From Eledone cirrhosa (lineage: Eukaryota): DNA of 64,000 bases. Position 1 is the stretch's first letter. Every line of letters begins with the position of its first letter. The notes under the pieces were generated by a model. The model made no database searches, was not told where the DNA came from, and saw only the letters and a program-made list of their open reading frames with translations. The stretch covers positions 112,902,001-112,966,000 of the forward strand of contig OZ024742.1 of the NCBI GenBank assembly GCA_964016885.1, written 5' to 3'. The position numbers were made by a program, and so were the translations under genes. Below are positions 40,760-54,720 of the stretch, piece after piece.

Positions 40760-42259
40760 ACGATTGATTATTTCGTATCATCTATCATGTATCATATATT
40801 TTCTCTTAAAAATATTAAACTTGCAACATATAGAAAGTATGATTATTAAAAATATCGTTTAACAAACATGGGTTGGTTACATTGAAATTAAACAGAAGTC
40901 AGTCGAATCTTTGAACTTTAATTTGGCGTTGTTTGAGAGTATTTATAATGTGAAGAGATTTGAAAAATTGACAATTGTGTTTTATTGACATTGTTATGTT
41001 ACTTTATTCCTTCTTTAATATCCATGCCTGTATTCAGTTTCAAAGTAGAGACAACATGAATAGATCGCATTTCCGGCATTTAAAAATAATATTTTTACAG
41101 AAATTATCGAATATATTCAATATTAAATTATTCAATTTCACACATTTTTCAAACCACTAATGGATATTTATAACAATGTAAACTATCATTATAATTCTAT
41201 AGTAATCCATATATCTGTTTCTAGAAAAAGAATCACAGTTTTAGAAATTATTAAGCATGATAGAAAAGAGAGCTCATGTTTTTTGTATGGCTCATAAATA
41301 AGTGCATAAACCAAACTAACCTATATATGTCTATAATCAAAACAATAGTTAGTTCTAAAACTAGCTTAAAGGCAGATGCAAATATAAAATGGAAATTGAT
41401 TCTTAATAAATTTTCCATACCCTATATACAAAATTGTATAACTACTAAAACATTGCTGTGACGTACAATTTTACACATAAACAAAATATATGAAAAAAAT
41501 CTCGCATTGAAACACATACATACACATGAATATTCAGTAACACAATGATAGGCTATTTTCATGTATACAATTGCGTTATATATATATATGACGCGTGCAT
41601 CCTAGAAGCAATTACTTCGAAACATTTAAATGTTGAATTATATTGTAACCACTTACCTGCCATGTTTTAATTCCGAAATATATGATTGATTATATGTTCC
41701 AGGAGAAAGCAAACTTATATTTTACATATATTTACAAAAACTCTGCTCTCAAAAATCAAATTCCACATACGTCAAATTTTCCTTTCATTCTTTTGGGGGC
41801 AAGGAAAAGGTAACGATTAAGCATAATGCCTTTGTTCTGGTGTGTCGGAAAATGTTTCTGTGATTTATGTTCGGAGTCCAAATATGGTTTCGGTTTATTC
41901 AGCATTAATATATATCTATCACCTAGTTTAAATCAAATAATTATATTTCCCTGCTTTGCATACCTGCCAGATATCCGGTACAGCACTCCTTCCTTGTACT
42001 GACAATTCAGGTGTGATGTTGTGAACACATGCGTGATCACTGATATGGCTATTTTCCTTAAACGTTAAAACAAAACACTTATGTACATATATGCATGCGA
42101 ATTTCTCCAGTCGTTTGATATATTCAGCGCATTCTAACAACGTGGTACTTTGCGTCCGCACATTATTTCATCACCATCAACAGTCTATCCCCAAAGTAAC
42201 GCCTATCTCTCATCCAGTCAAATTGACGCGTGCATTCATGCATGCCTTCCACTGCCACA

Positions 42260-42665
42260 CTTGCGTGAAGCATTCGCAGTGGAGACTTCTGATGGCCTTG
42301 GCATTAGGTCTACCTCCGTACTCACCACCATAGGTGATGAACTGGCCAGCCGAAGGTGCGAACCTCGCGAATTGGAATGGATCTTCCAGCGGATCCGCTT
42401 ACCATCCCCCGGGGAAAAGCCTTCTCCATTCTCTCCGCCGGGGCTGTGAGGAGTCCAGCACGTGGGACCCCATTTGCTCACCATACACAGAGGTGGGGAG
42501 GGCGAAAGAGATGATGGTGATGACAGTGGGAGTTCGGCTCTTCCACGTTCGGATCATATCCTTGTGGTTTTGTTTATTATCTATTGACATTATTATGTTT
42601 GTATTATCAATTTATCTGCATATATTTTATAAAATATATATCGCTTATGTTTCTCAATAAAAAGC
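42260..42665 (+). mobile_element. 3' end of a CRE-clade LINE (restriction-like endonuclease C-terminus, UTR, AATAAA)
   Basis: EAFAVETSDGLG...IGDELA....EPRELEWIFQRI, then after a frameshift IPRGKAFSILSA. Confidence 0.75.
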
Positions 42666-42929
42666 TCCATCGACATGAGCTCAGAGCATCGATTATATTA
42701 GTTGAAATGATATATAAAAATGTTATATATCAATTGAGTCATACTCAGGAGTCGCTGTTCTTGAGAGTAGTAGATGGGGGGTGGGGGTGCTATAGTTCGA
42801 ACATCAAAGACAAGACAGATAGCGACTTACACACATACACAAACACACACACACGGACACACGTACGCACCCACACACACACACACACACACACATATAT
42901 ACACACACACACATATATATAAATATACA

Positions 42930-44700
42930 TACCAGATAGAGACAGCTACAACCAACCTAACGACAGCTACACTACCCACACCTATAGAAATAACAAACAT
43001 AGAACACAACATAGAAATAGACAACGAGCACCAGAAATAACTGAAATGAATACTAATATAGCAATCCTTAGGAACTATAGAAAATCCAGTGATAGGAAAT
43101 ACTTATGGTTCAATCCAATATTCAACTCCTCTATACAAACCAGTCTACCTTCTACATTATTTAATCTACTTGACAAACACTTTCCTAAACTACACATATA
43201 CCATAGAATATTTAACAGAAAAACTATCAAACTCTCTTACTCGATTGCAGCCAAACATAGAATCACACACACATAAAATCAACTACAAAAGAATATTTAA
43301 AGAAAATAACCTACCAACATACACCATAGTACCAAATACAAAACGCATATAAAACATATAAAACATCACAACCACACAAGGCACATCACAACAAAACATT
43401 AATAAGCCTAAATCTCAGCCCACCAATAACATACAAAACCGCAACGGAGAACCTGCACGCAGGAAGGCCTGCAACTGTAACTGCTACCTGCCAGATAAGT
43501 GCCCACTACAAAATAGATGCCTGGAATCAAGTATGGTGTACCTGTGTACTATAAATTCGGGCAACATATCATGGCAGTGCATAGGTTCCACGGCTGGGGA
43601 ATTAAAAAAAGATTGTACGTTCACAGATATTATATGAAGAACCGTAGACTTGAGAACTCAACAACGCTGGCCAATAGAATCTGGCACCTTAAGGAGACAG
43701 ACCAGGAATATAGGATTGGCAGGCCGAAATTATCGGGAGCAAAGGCCTCCAACAATGGAATGCCCCACTGCGGACTTTGCAATATGGATTTATTCCATAT
43801 TTTAAAGTATAAGTTGCTGCTTAACAGCAAAATAGAACGATCAATTTTCTGTAAGCACAAAGCAGCTACCAAATTCACAAATTTCAAACTAACATGATTG
43901 GACCCAGCAATTTCAAAATTCGAGCTGTATCAACCCACCCGGATTGTAATGTATGGAATACATACCACTACGCTGTTATTAGCTGTCAACTGACCGACTG
44001 GTCACTATATCAACATAATACAACATTTCTTTCACTCTCTCTCTCCCTAAAGCCACATCAACCCCATTAAGATAAGACAATCAGCATGCTAAACATTTAC
44101 CACACACACATATGCATATCAAAATCCCCCTTCCCCGTCTTTAGCCCTATCCCTTTTGTCCCATCCTCGTATCTCTCACTTAAATTTTTATTTATTATAT
44201 TTTATCTTTCATCTCTCATTTGTTACTACCTTTTATTTTCTACTTCTAACCCTCTGAGATTTGACCACCACGTATGTATGTATATATCTAATGTTGCTTT
44301 TCATGTTAGTATTACATCCACCATCACAGTATTACTCACCACAACTACTATTATCAACTATCGTATTCTGTACTTATATATTTTTTTTACTTATTGTTTT
44401 GCTTATTTTTTTTACATCTGTAACATCTTTATTTCTTCACTTTACTTCTTTACTTCTTTATCATTATATGTTATTATTGATGTTATTGTTTTGATTCTAC
44501 GTTGTATCTATATATACCATTGCCATATGTGAAGTCTCTAGTATACTGGTGATTTGATCGGAAGTAAACACTGTATTTAAGGTCGAGTGACGCAACTTCG
44601 AGTGATTAGCGGCCTTTAGACACAATGAAACAATTGTTAATACTTGAAATAAACCCCTTCTCGTACAGCCTATCATGTTATTCTTCAATCTTTCACTATA
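42930..44700 (+). mobile_element. 5'-truncated Hydra-like PLE
   Basis: WFNPIFN...LLDKHFP...IFNRKTIKLSYS; CNC...CPLQNRCL; KKRLYVH...TLANRIWHLK...CGLC...LN.K.E...CKH. Confidence 0.88.
44540..44644 (+). ncRNA. Decayed hammerhead with ~74-nt stem II
   Basis: agtata CTGGTGA t ttg...caa t GAAA caattg TT aatact, followed by AATAAA. Confidence 0.5.
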
Positions 44701-44735
44701 CACACACACACACACACACTTATATATATATATAA

Positions 44736-44813
<78 letters not shown>

Positions 44814-44821
44814 GTATATAC

Positions 44822-44879
<58 letters not shown>

Positions 44880-44882
<3 letters not shown>

Positions 44883-46260
44883 AGAAGAAACAGAGAATCA
44901 GTGATGCAACGAATAATATTTATTAGACATATGACAATCGTTTCTCTGGCGACCAGCTCGAGGCACGATCGATGTAATTATTAAACCTGACTCTGAAATC
45001 GCAAAATCATCGGATGGGAGGAAAGCATGACTATAGGGGATGACAGCATGACTCATGCAATCTAGGTGTCATCGATATTATGTAGATAATCGAGAGGGGA
45101 ACATAGGTTATCAATAAAAGGAGTAAGCCATTCAGCATCTGTCACCACAGATCAACTGAACCATCCTCAGACTGTACGGATTAACAACGTAGTTGTACTA
45201 CTTGAGGACCAGTGCAAAGTTTGACCGAGGGAGCATGACGTGGCACATAACGACCCCAGCGTCAGGCGAACCCTGCATAACTTGTATGCACGCATGTGAT
45301 CTTATGAGGATTCCTATTTTATATCCCTTTGTTCCTTGGTCGTTGTTCCTCATTCTGCGTATGTATACCTACTTCTGTAGTTATGTATACTGTTTGTTCC
45401 GTGTGCACCAATGTTCTCCATGTGTGTACCTGGATTTATATCTGTATGTCTTTCTGTTAATAAATTCGAGTCCTACACCTCACACCCACATTCTAGCAGC
45501 CCTTTTTGTCGGACACGCTTTCCACCGTTAATAGTATTAATACCAATGTAGTTACAACCGACTACTATTGTGTTTAATTATTATTCTGCACAGTGATTAT
45601 TACTGGCTTTATGCCATAGGGTGGAAGCCATCATTGTCATAATTATTATATTTGTACTGTAAGTAATGTAAGATTTTGTTTACAGCGACCATAAGGCATT
45701 TTTTGTTGCCGTCGTCGCCGGGATAGGTTAACTACTGGTGGTGTTATTGTTGGTAGTGTTGTCGCAGCCTGGCTCTTGTGAAGGGTTTACTCGTTGCCAT
45801 GAGCTGGGTACTAATATTACTACTACTGCGATGACCAATGTGGGCGATAGGCGGTGTTGTTGTTCCCATTGTTGTTGTTGCCGCTGTGGTCTTGATGACG
45901 GATATCATCTAGTATGTATACCGCACAACCTAAGAGCTCCGTTTATGCTGTAGGTGTCCTGGTCGCCTGTTGTTATCGTTGTTCTTTTCAGCGGGGTATT
46001 ACTATCACTAAGACTGCTAAGGCGGCGTTGGTCGCTGTTTGCTGTTGTTTTAGTTGTTGTTGTTGTCGATGTTGTTGTTGTCGCTGTTGTTGTTATTGTA
46101 GCTGTTGTGTTGAATGGGGCTGTCAATAAAATATATACCTTACCCGCCCTCACTATTCCGTTCATTGCTTCCACTATCTACTGGCTTCTGGCTACGCAGA
46201 CACTCTAATGTTATACAGATGAACACAACATACTTGAGGGGTTCCCTTTCTGCTGATTTA
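44880..46260 (-). mobile_element. Probable PLE remnant; terminus related to 3225-3363 with a decayed HHR at 44928-45018
   Basis: tcagtgatgca.cgaa shared with 3239; CCGATGA...GAAA cgattg TC; (AAC)n-rich body; right boundary uncertain. Confidence 0.5.
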
Positions 46261-46536
46261 TGACCTCAATTCCATGTGGGATACATGAATTCTGATTTCG
46301 CTAATTGACACGTGGATAGCACTTTACTCCAGTAAACACAACGGCAGGGAGACACATTCAGGATCTCATATGTCTGGTGGACCCACAAGAAGTGGGACAT
46401 GTGTTTTTTTTTGTTTTTCTACCGTTCTCATAATTGCAAAAAATACATGAGTTACATGTTAATTGCATGGGAGAACCGTTGAAATAATTATAACGAATAA
46501 ACGATTTATATAACATCAGCATCTTTATTAATGTTA

Positions 46537-46578
<42 letters not shown>

Positions 46579-46734
46579 GCTTAGCAAGCTAGTATGAAGG
46601 ATTTGTTAAAGGTAACTTCACTTAGAGACTGTGAGGCAGTGCAACAACACGCTGCTTTGTTGGTCTCTGCATCAAAAACATAAATATACACTTTTTTTCT
46701 TCCTTGTTTTTTCTTTGCTTCATACATTAAAGTT

Positions 46735-46884
46735 TGCCATTATTCCGTTACGCCCCTTGCCATTCTGAGTTCAAATCCCGCCGAGGTTAACTTTGACTTT
46801 CATCCTAACGGGGTCGATACAATAATGTACCAGTAATACACTGGATAATTGCTGGGCTTGTGCCTAACGTAGAAACAATTATTC
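46735..46884 (+). mobile_element. Nin/Deu-like SINE, partial
   Basis: ctgagttcaaatcccgccgaggttaactttgactttcatcctaacggggtcgata. Confidence 0.82.
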
Positions 46885-47263
46885 CGTTAGTAAATTACTG
46901 GTTATTACACAATCTGGCCATTGAAAGGTGCATAATGTCTGCAGGGACAAATAATTTGAGAAATTCAACACATTTGGCCTCCCTTCATTTCACTTCATAT
47001 TATATATATATATATAATATAAAAGTGGATGAATACTTCAACAGGCACCAAGTACTTGTAGAAATATGCAAGGTGTTTATAATATTTGTGGTTCGATGGT
47101 ACTAATTTGAGATACCAGAACAATCCTTATCTTTCCATTGGGAATTCTGTGGATTTCCAATCTTTGGAATGGTGAAACCATCGGTAACAGCAATAGAACA
47201 GGTGATTATTTAAATCGTTTTTTAATTTATTTAGAAAATTGTTTGATAACCGCTTGCTCCGCT

Positions 47264-47297
<34 letters not shown>

Positions 47298-47303
<6 letters not shown>

Positions 47304-47326
47304 ATACTTTGGGAGATTCATGTTGC

Positions 47327-47332
<6 letters not shown>
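47298..47332 (-). mobile_element. ~35-bp 3' tip of the PLE B family within (TA)n
   Basis: attgttatactttgggagattcatgttgccaataa matches 16547-16581. Confidence 0.75.
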
Positions 47333-47344
<12 letters not shown>

Positions 47345-47367
<23 letters not shown>

Positions 47368-49040
47368 TCATCTTACAGACCCACACTCCCCCCGGCCTGA
47401 GCTCCCCACCCCTATTCCTTTAGGCTTCGACCGCCCCCCTCCCCCCACACTTATCCCCCACTAACACCACTAACGCACCCCTCATTTTCACCGCCCACCC
47501 CACAACTAACAATACTAACACCTCCACTCACCCCTCATCTGACCACCCTTCCCCAACTAACATACTAACATCCCTCCCTTCTTCTCCCCCCCTCCTTATC
47601 ACACGCACACACACACCGGCACATATATACACGCGCTCACACTAAACACACACCCTACTACCACCACTAACCCTCGCCCCACACCTCTCACCCCCACACC
47701 TCCATCCCACCACCCCGCAACTAACCCCACTAACATCCCCTAACCCCAAGCACACGAACACACGCACCCACTTACACCACCCACCCCACAAGCAACTAAC
47801 ATCACTAACACCCCCCAACCCCACGCACATGTACCCACACACCCTCGTACACCACCAACTCTACACACCCTTCCACCACTAACCCCCACTCACACCTGTA
47901 TTCAACACCTCCCCACCTCCCGTATACTAACACCCACTATCACCCCATTCATCAAACTACACACACACCAGTACACCACACTCCCTCCATAGAACCACAC
48001 ACACCCTTCTCTCCCCGCTCCACCCACACCCTCGCTCTACACTCACTCATCCCACTAACACCTCTACTAATAAACACACACACACCCTCCTCACTCCAAC
48101 TTTCACACCTACCCATCCTCGCCCCTTTACCATTCCACCGACTGCTGCTATGCCCTCTGACCACCTCCCAGCACAAACCGTCACACAGCACTCCCACTGC
48201 TTGACCACTTCCTGTTGCGCGCGCACCCCACATCTCTCCTCTTCCCACCATCGCTTCATGGAATACCAGCACGCAGAAATTGACCAACACAGAATCCACT
48301 AAACACCTTTGGAATTTACCTATTTTTCAACCATCCTCTTACGTAATCACCTATATAACTCCCCCCCCCCCCAAACACATTTTTTTCTCCACACGGCACC
48401 TACACCCACAACACGCTTAAACCCCACACACACGTGCTTTCCACCGCATATTTACACCCTCAGCCTCATGATTCCTCTCCCCCACACCTCTATCCACACA
48501 CGCACTGACACTCCGACCCCCCCCACACACACACCTCTTCCTGAACATGCAATCCGTTCTTCCCCCAACCCTTACTTTCACATACACACACACACACACA
48601 CACACATACACCTACACACACACACCAACTTCAGCACTCCCCGCTCGGACACCCCGTCTCCCTCTCCCCACTCCACCCGCCACCACCCCTACACACGCCA
48701 CACCCTTCCACCACCTGTTTTATCCCCCTTTTAATTTCAGTTTATTTTGTTCATGCTTTTATATTTAAATTTATTTCCTTCCTTGTATTTTGATCATGCT
48801 TTATTTTTATTTTCATCTTTATTTTTTATTTTTTCATTCGCACCGTTCCCTTTCGCTATATGTCTCTCCACCACTCCCCTACACACACTTTGAACTCTGT
48901 TCCCAAACACTTCTCACCTGAGGAAGGGCGTATGCCCGAAACGTCGTCCCCCACCAACACCGCACTCTCCAGAGCGTGAAATTAATAAACATTCGTTGTA
49001 CTGCCTCTCTGTTTTGTCCCTGTTCAAATTTTTCCATCCT
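47345..49040 (+). mobile_element. C-rich PLE-like remnant ending in an HHR motif, AATAAA and (TA)n
   Basis: Strong C/A skew, T-rich UTR, HHR at 48915. Confidence 0.55.
48915..48947 (+). ncRNA. Minimal hammerhead core (stem I only 2 bp)
   Basis: cac CTGAGGA a gggc gtat gccc GAAA cg TC gt. Confidence 0.6.
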
Positions 49041-49956
49041 ATATATATATATATATATTTATTTATTTATTTATTTATTTATATATTTATTTATTTATTT
49101 ATTTATGCATATAAAAAGAAACGTGAAAGAAACGTGAAAGAACGAAAAATATAACTGCTGCATTAATTATAATTGGTTTTGATTGGTATAACCCATTGTT
49201 CCATATCCCGTAGTTTCGTATCACTCTTGGTCTGGAGTTGTTTATTCTTCCGAGAGCTGCTATCGACCACATGCGATCTGTTCTCTGGCAGAAAAACTCT
49301 ACCGAGAACGCTTACTAGCTGTTTACTTTGTTCTATCGAGAAGTGAACGATTGTCCGGTTTATATATCTTTTTACTATTAAAATTGGGCCCTTGCATAGT
49401 CATATTATGTGAGTGCTCTGACTGAAATAACTTTACTAATTGTGCCAAGAGAGGATACATCGAAAACGAGGCCACTCGTATAAAGAATAGATGCAGTGCG
49501 CTGGCAGCCGAGGTGTATGATTAAGTTATATCCGGACAGGTACAGCCTCCAACCGAGATTGGAACATATACATATTTAAAATGTAGGCAAGTATACATTC
49601 CTGAATATAAAAATTTACCGGTAAATTGAAAAAAAACACATAATAAACATCTCTAATCGATTATCAGATCTAAATGGGCAACCATCAGAAAAAAGGTTTA
49701 CATCTTCCAATCAGCCAGAAATAAACATGTATTTGATGGATATATGTACACAGTCGCTCTTAGGAATATATCAAAATGAACGTACGTGTCTGTATACTAT
49801 TAGCATTCAACACTCCAAGCTGCATACGTCAGCAGTCATATACTCTGTTACGGATGAGACAGTTCAGACAGCACACTTTTTAATAGTTATAAGATGGTCA
49901 ATTCTCTGCGCATCAGGTGTGTAAATGTGTGTGTGTATTATGTTTGCTTTGTTCAT

Positions 49957-50070
<114 letters not shown>

Positions 50071-50081
50071 GTATACAGAGA

Positions 50082-52306
50082 CGGCGCACATGTTACCTTC
50101 CGTTCCCTAAACCCCAGCCAGATGGAGCGCATGAGGAAGCGCACATCGCATTTTTTTAGCAACACTGCCTATGCGTGACTAGAGATTCTAGCACTAAGAC
50201 GGTGAATTTCCTGGACTTTATCCTGGCAATGAATACGGGCATCCACCTTATTACAAGCCCAATGAGAAGCTGCAATATGTGAACAGGCAATCGAAACACC
50301 CCAAGTCAGTCATAGAAGCCATAGTTAAAGGGGTATCTAAACGCGTATCCAGCCTATCGGCCAACACAGACGTGTTCAAACAGCACGCGGACTATTATAA
50401 TGAGGCACTACGAAAGGCCGGTTACACAGACAGCATAGTGTATACCACAGACAGGGAAGAGCCTAGCGCCGAGGCATGCCGATATGGCAATAGCTGTGGC
50501 ACTTCCATAGGTAGAAGAAATGACCCGGTACTAGCCTCCAATAACACGAGTAGCAGCACAGTTCACAGGACTGACAGTAGGAGAGACAAAGACACACACG
50601 GGCGCTGGACCACCAAGTACACGTAGGCAAAAGCCCGGCACGCACTCCACATGCGTCGCGGTAACTAGAACTAGGGACATGGTAACGACATGTACGGCCA
50701 TGGCACCCGCTAGTGAGAACACCCGGCCTGGTAGCAGTGGTATATCCCCAACAACAGCACCACATAGCATTAGAGAGACTAACAATAGAGCTGACAATAC
50801 AAATCGGAATAACTTAGTAAGTGAAAGGCGTAACCATGATGCCCACAGCAGACATAGAGATAGAGGGAACATAGGGGACGTATTAATGGTCGGGCAAAAC
50901 CCGAGACGGACAACAGAGCCAAGACACACTCACACTACTACACACACACGAAATAACAAGACTAGATCTAAGGCTGTTACATGGTTTAACGCGCCGTATG
51001 CTAAACATGTATGCACTAATGTGCCAGGGCTTTTTTTCCAAGTGTTAGACGAGTGCTTCCCGCCGTTGAACAGATACCAGAAGGTTTTCAACCGCCACAC
51101 GGTGAAGCTTTCCTTCTCCACAACACCCATCATGGCCAACTACATGGCCAAAACCAATGCGGTAAAGATGGGGAACCTCGACCGTCAACCGCGGCGGCAG
51201 AATGGCCGTCCATCCTAGCCCGCAGGGCTCCTCGAGGACCGGTCTTCGAACAACAACCCGCCCCTCGCGGCGGCCGCCACACCCGCGGAAGGCGATACAA
51301 TCCAACGCGGGGATATAATGTGTGGCGGAGGAGAGACCACCGTGCCGGCGCAATAACACCATGAGAATCGGGAGAGGGCCCTGTCAGATCAAGGGCTAGG
51401 CGTCCGAAATGAACAAGATAACAACAGAACATGTAACTGCAAAGCGGGCACCCAGTGCCCCCTGCAGGGAAGATGCCTGATGAAGCGCCTGGTATATAAA
51501 TGTTTGGTTAGCACGGACAATATAAAGCGCACCTACATCGACGCAACATCCATGACCTTTAAATCTCGGATGTATAATCACACGAACTCTTTCAAGAACC
51601 ACAGTAAGAGGCACTCTACTAGGCTATCGTCCCTGGTGTGGGACTTGAAAAACAAGGGCACCTCGTTTGGCACGCGAATCCATACCCGGCTGGAAGTAGA
51701 AAGTGTAGCCTATGCCTATACGAGGCCATGGTAATAGTCAGACTGAAGGATGATGCGGTCAACCTGAAATCGGAAAGAATCATGACGTGCAGACACCAGA
51801 GAAGGTGCACACTCGCCGCATGGAATACACTGGGAGGCCCAGGCTAAAGGCATGCGGCGGAACGCACGCCGACCAGAGCGGCGAAACGGGTTCAAGGGAT
51901 CAGACACCAAATCCTGATGACAGTATATGCCCCGTGGGGTAAACCAAAATAAGCCAAGAGGCATACCAGACTCTACATGTCACCTTAGGCAAGAACATCG
52001 CCTGAAATAGGACAGGTTGACCCGGATTCCACTGGCTTTTAGTCAAATAGGTTACACCTATAGGACAACATACCTCGACCACAGTGACATACTCCAGTAT
52101 GGCCGGTCCACGCACCCTCATGCATGTGTACCTTTCCAATCGAGAATCCATACTCTCCACGTATTCCATTTTGGAACACATATTATTTGTTCCGTATACA
52201 GGCCCTAGTGTACATCACATACAACTCCTGTGTACTATCTCATACGCATACACGTCCCTTCTTATTTTTTCATATATCTCTATGTGAAGTTATATGTATA
52301 TTTTAG
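50082..52306 (+). mobile_element. 5'-truncated, frameshifted Hydra-like PLE
   Basis: YRDG...ERMRK, VNFLD, YVNRQSKHP, WFNAPY...VFNRHTVKLSFS, CNC....CPLQGRCL...VY...YIDAT...FKSRMYNH, CSLCLYE. Confidence 0.9.
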
Positions 52307-52321
52307 CAGTTATATGTATAT

Positions 52322-52495
52322 ATTGGCAGTATCGGTAGAGGGTCGGACGCCATGCTTTCCAGCATAGTTACGTCCCTTTACGATCTGAGTTCAAATCCCG
52401 CCGAGGTTGACTTTGCCTTTCATCCTTACGGGGTCGATAAAATAAAGTACCAGTAATGTACTGGGTAATTGCTGGCCTTGTGCCTAAAGTAGAAA
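52322..52495 (+). mobile_element. Nin/Deu-like SINE with 15-bp TSD
   Basis: A-box tggcagtatcgg, B-box gagttcaaatccc; TSD cagttatatgtatat at 52307 and 52496. Confidence 0.9.
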
Positions 52496-52591
52496 CAGTT
52501 ATATGTATATTTTAGTATATTGTAGGTTGTTTATATATGTGTATGTATGAGTGTGTATGTACATATGTGTGTGTAGGTATGAATGTGCATA

Positions 52592-52672
<81 letters not shown>

Positions 52673-52779
52673 ATGGATGTATGTATATGGTTATATTGTT
52701 TATATTTGTGCATGTGTATGGCAGGATACATCCTTTCCTGTATGTATCTTTGTAGACTTGCGTGGTCCTGTAAGGAATA

Positions 52780-53247
52780 GGCGGTCCCGATTCATGCCCA
52801 GTTCATTTGCCATCAGTCGAACAGTCAGCCGAAGATGACTACACACCATCTGCCTGACGCGCTCAACGTTGATGTCAGTCATGGTTGTTGAGGGCCTTCC
52901 TCTCCTGGGGTCACCTTCCACGTCCTCGCGTCTTTCTTTAAACCTCTTCCACCACTCAAACCACGTGAGCGTGACATCGTCTCATCTCCATACACGTGCT
53001 GCAGCAATCCCAGCGCTTCTTGCGGAGTTTTCAAGTTTGGTCGTTGCTCCGTGCTCATTGCTTGACGACTTGAAACAGAGGACATGTATATACAATTATG
53101 AAGAAAACATGTTGATCGCTGCAGAAAGCTAAGATTACAGTAACATACTCAATGGGGATTACTTTGAAGGAGAAAACTCTTGTGTGAAGTTTTAGTTTGA
53201 AATAAATATTTTGTGACAACAGTCCTCGAACTTTTCTGACTCATCTC

Positions 53248-53248
<1 letters not shown>
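52780..53248 (-). mobile_element. 5' half of a mariner (same family as 61362-62255)
   Basis: EQR...VYGDETMSRSR, DPRRGRPST...NVERVRQMV...RLTVR; TIR followed by TA. Confidence 0.88.
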
Positions 53249-53326
<78 letters not shown>

Positions 53327-53422
53327 TATGTATATATACTTTATATGTATATAAAAGGTAAACACAATATAACAAAACAATCGGTACAGTATATGGAAGC
53401 TTGATATAGCAAGAATAGCGTC

Positions 53423-53456
53423 TTAACGTTTTGGACGCTAGTCCTTAATCAGAATA
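53423..53456 (-). ncRNA. Decayed minimal hammerhead
   Basis: tt CTGATTA a ggac tagc gtcc AAAA cg TT aa; two core substitutions. Confidence 0.35.
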
Positions 53457-54559
53457 AAGAATGAGAAATGAAATAGATTGAAGGGACGGGCGGGATGGAA
53501 TTGGAATATATGTCTTTAGAAAAAAATAACAGGTCCATTCATGTTGACATTACTTGCAAAGCTGTGTTGGATATTATATCAACATATATATATTAATTTA
53601 ATATCCAACATTTATATAGCTACATGCGTTTTATATTTGCTCTCTTCAATGTGTGAAAGTATATAGACTAAAAATCTGTAGAGCTGTAGATTATGCATTG
53701 GTCAATCTATGTTTTTTCTTCAGTTAATGATTTAGTAAGATATATTATGGATTAGCTCACGCTCTCTCTCACTCTCTCTCTCTGTTTTTCTCTTACTCAT
53801 TATGTATATATATATGTGTCGGTGTGTGTGTGTGTGTGTGTATGTGTGTGTGGGTGTGTAAGTATGTGTGTGAGTGTTTGTGTATATGCCTGTGTGCGTG
53901 CAAAAGCATGGATGCTTGTTTGAAATATTACATTCGCTGCCAAAATACAATTGACAACATTTCTAATTTCATTCCACCGCTGGTGGCATTAAATAATGAA
54001 TTAAAACGAAACGAAGCATTAAGGAACATGAAAGTAAGAAATATGAAAATTAATCGACACGTTTCTGGTAACATTCATATAATGTTCGCTATGATGATAG
54101 AACATGTCTCTTTTCTTTCTATTTCTATTAGATAATATCTATTCATCGGGTAAAATGTTTCTATTCATGGTAAAAAAAAAAAAATTTCATTACATAAATC
54201 GGGTTGACGTTCAAACATGTACGTTTCAGCAAAATCCATTTCGTATTGAAATTGCCTTTTTCCTTTTTTTATCTATATTCTATATTAAATTGGTATTTCT
54301 TATATATCTGATCAAATGTGTCATTTGTTTTAAAGAGAGTGATGATATTTACGTATGATATAAAGATTAAGCGGCCGCATAAAAGTTGCTTCATGTTACG
54401 ATTATTTATACTCATGTTGCTTAGAGAATAACAACAGTATTTATCTGAAACAAGAGTTGATATTTTTGAGGATGAGTCTTTCAAAATCGCTTGCGTTGGA
54501 TGAAATCCAGTTTCCGTATTCGACGGATATTTACGTACCGCATGTACGTTGCCTCTCCA

Positions 54560-54720
54560 GGACCTACCATCTGCTGGTACCCATGCTTAGCTTACTGAAA
54601 TGGTGCAGTGTGGTAGTAAATTAAATGCTTTGCTCAAAAATACAATGCATCTTATGGTCTGGGAATTAAACTCGTGATGTTTTGATCGTGATTTTTACAT
54701 TAACCACTAAGTCATATCCC
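54560..54720 (-). mobile_element. Old tRNA-derived SINE of a second, CORE-like family
   Basis: Reverse complement gives gacttagtggttaa...gagtttaattcccag...ttgagcaaagcattta. Confidence 0.5.

Noticed and set aside
49415-49490. CTGACTGA...GAAAA cgag gcca ctcg TA as a hammerhead
   Set aside because: A stem III-like hairpin exists, but core spacing and stems I and II do not fit.
52322-52400. tRNA gene
   Set aside because: The A/B boxes belong to a multi-copy SINE head with a TSD; no cloverleaf.
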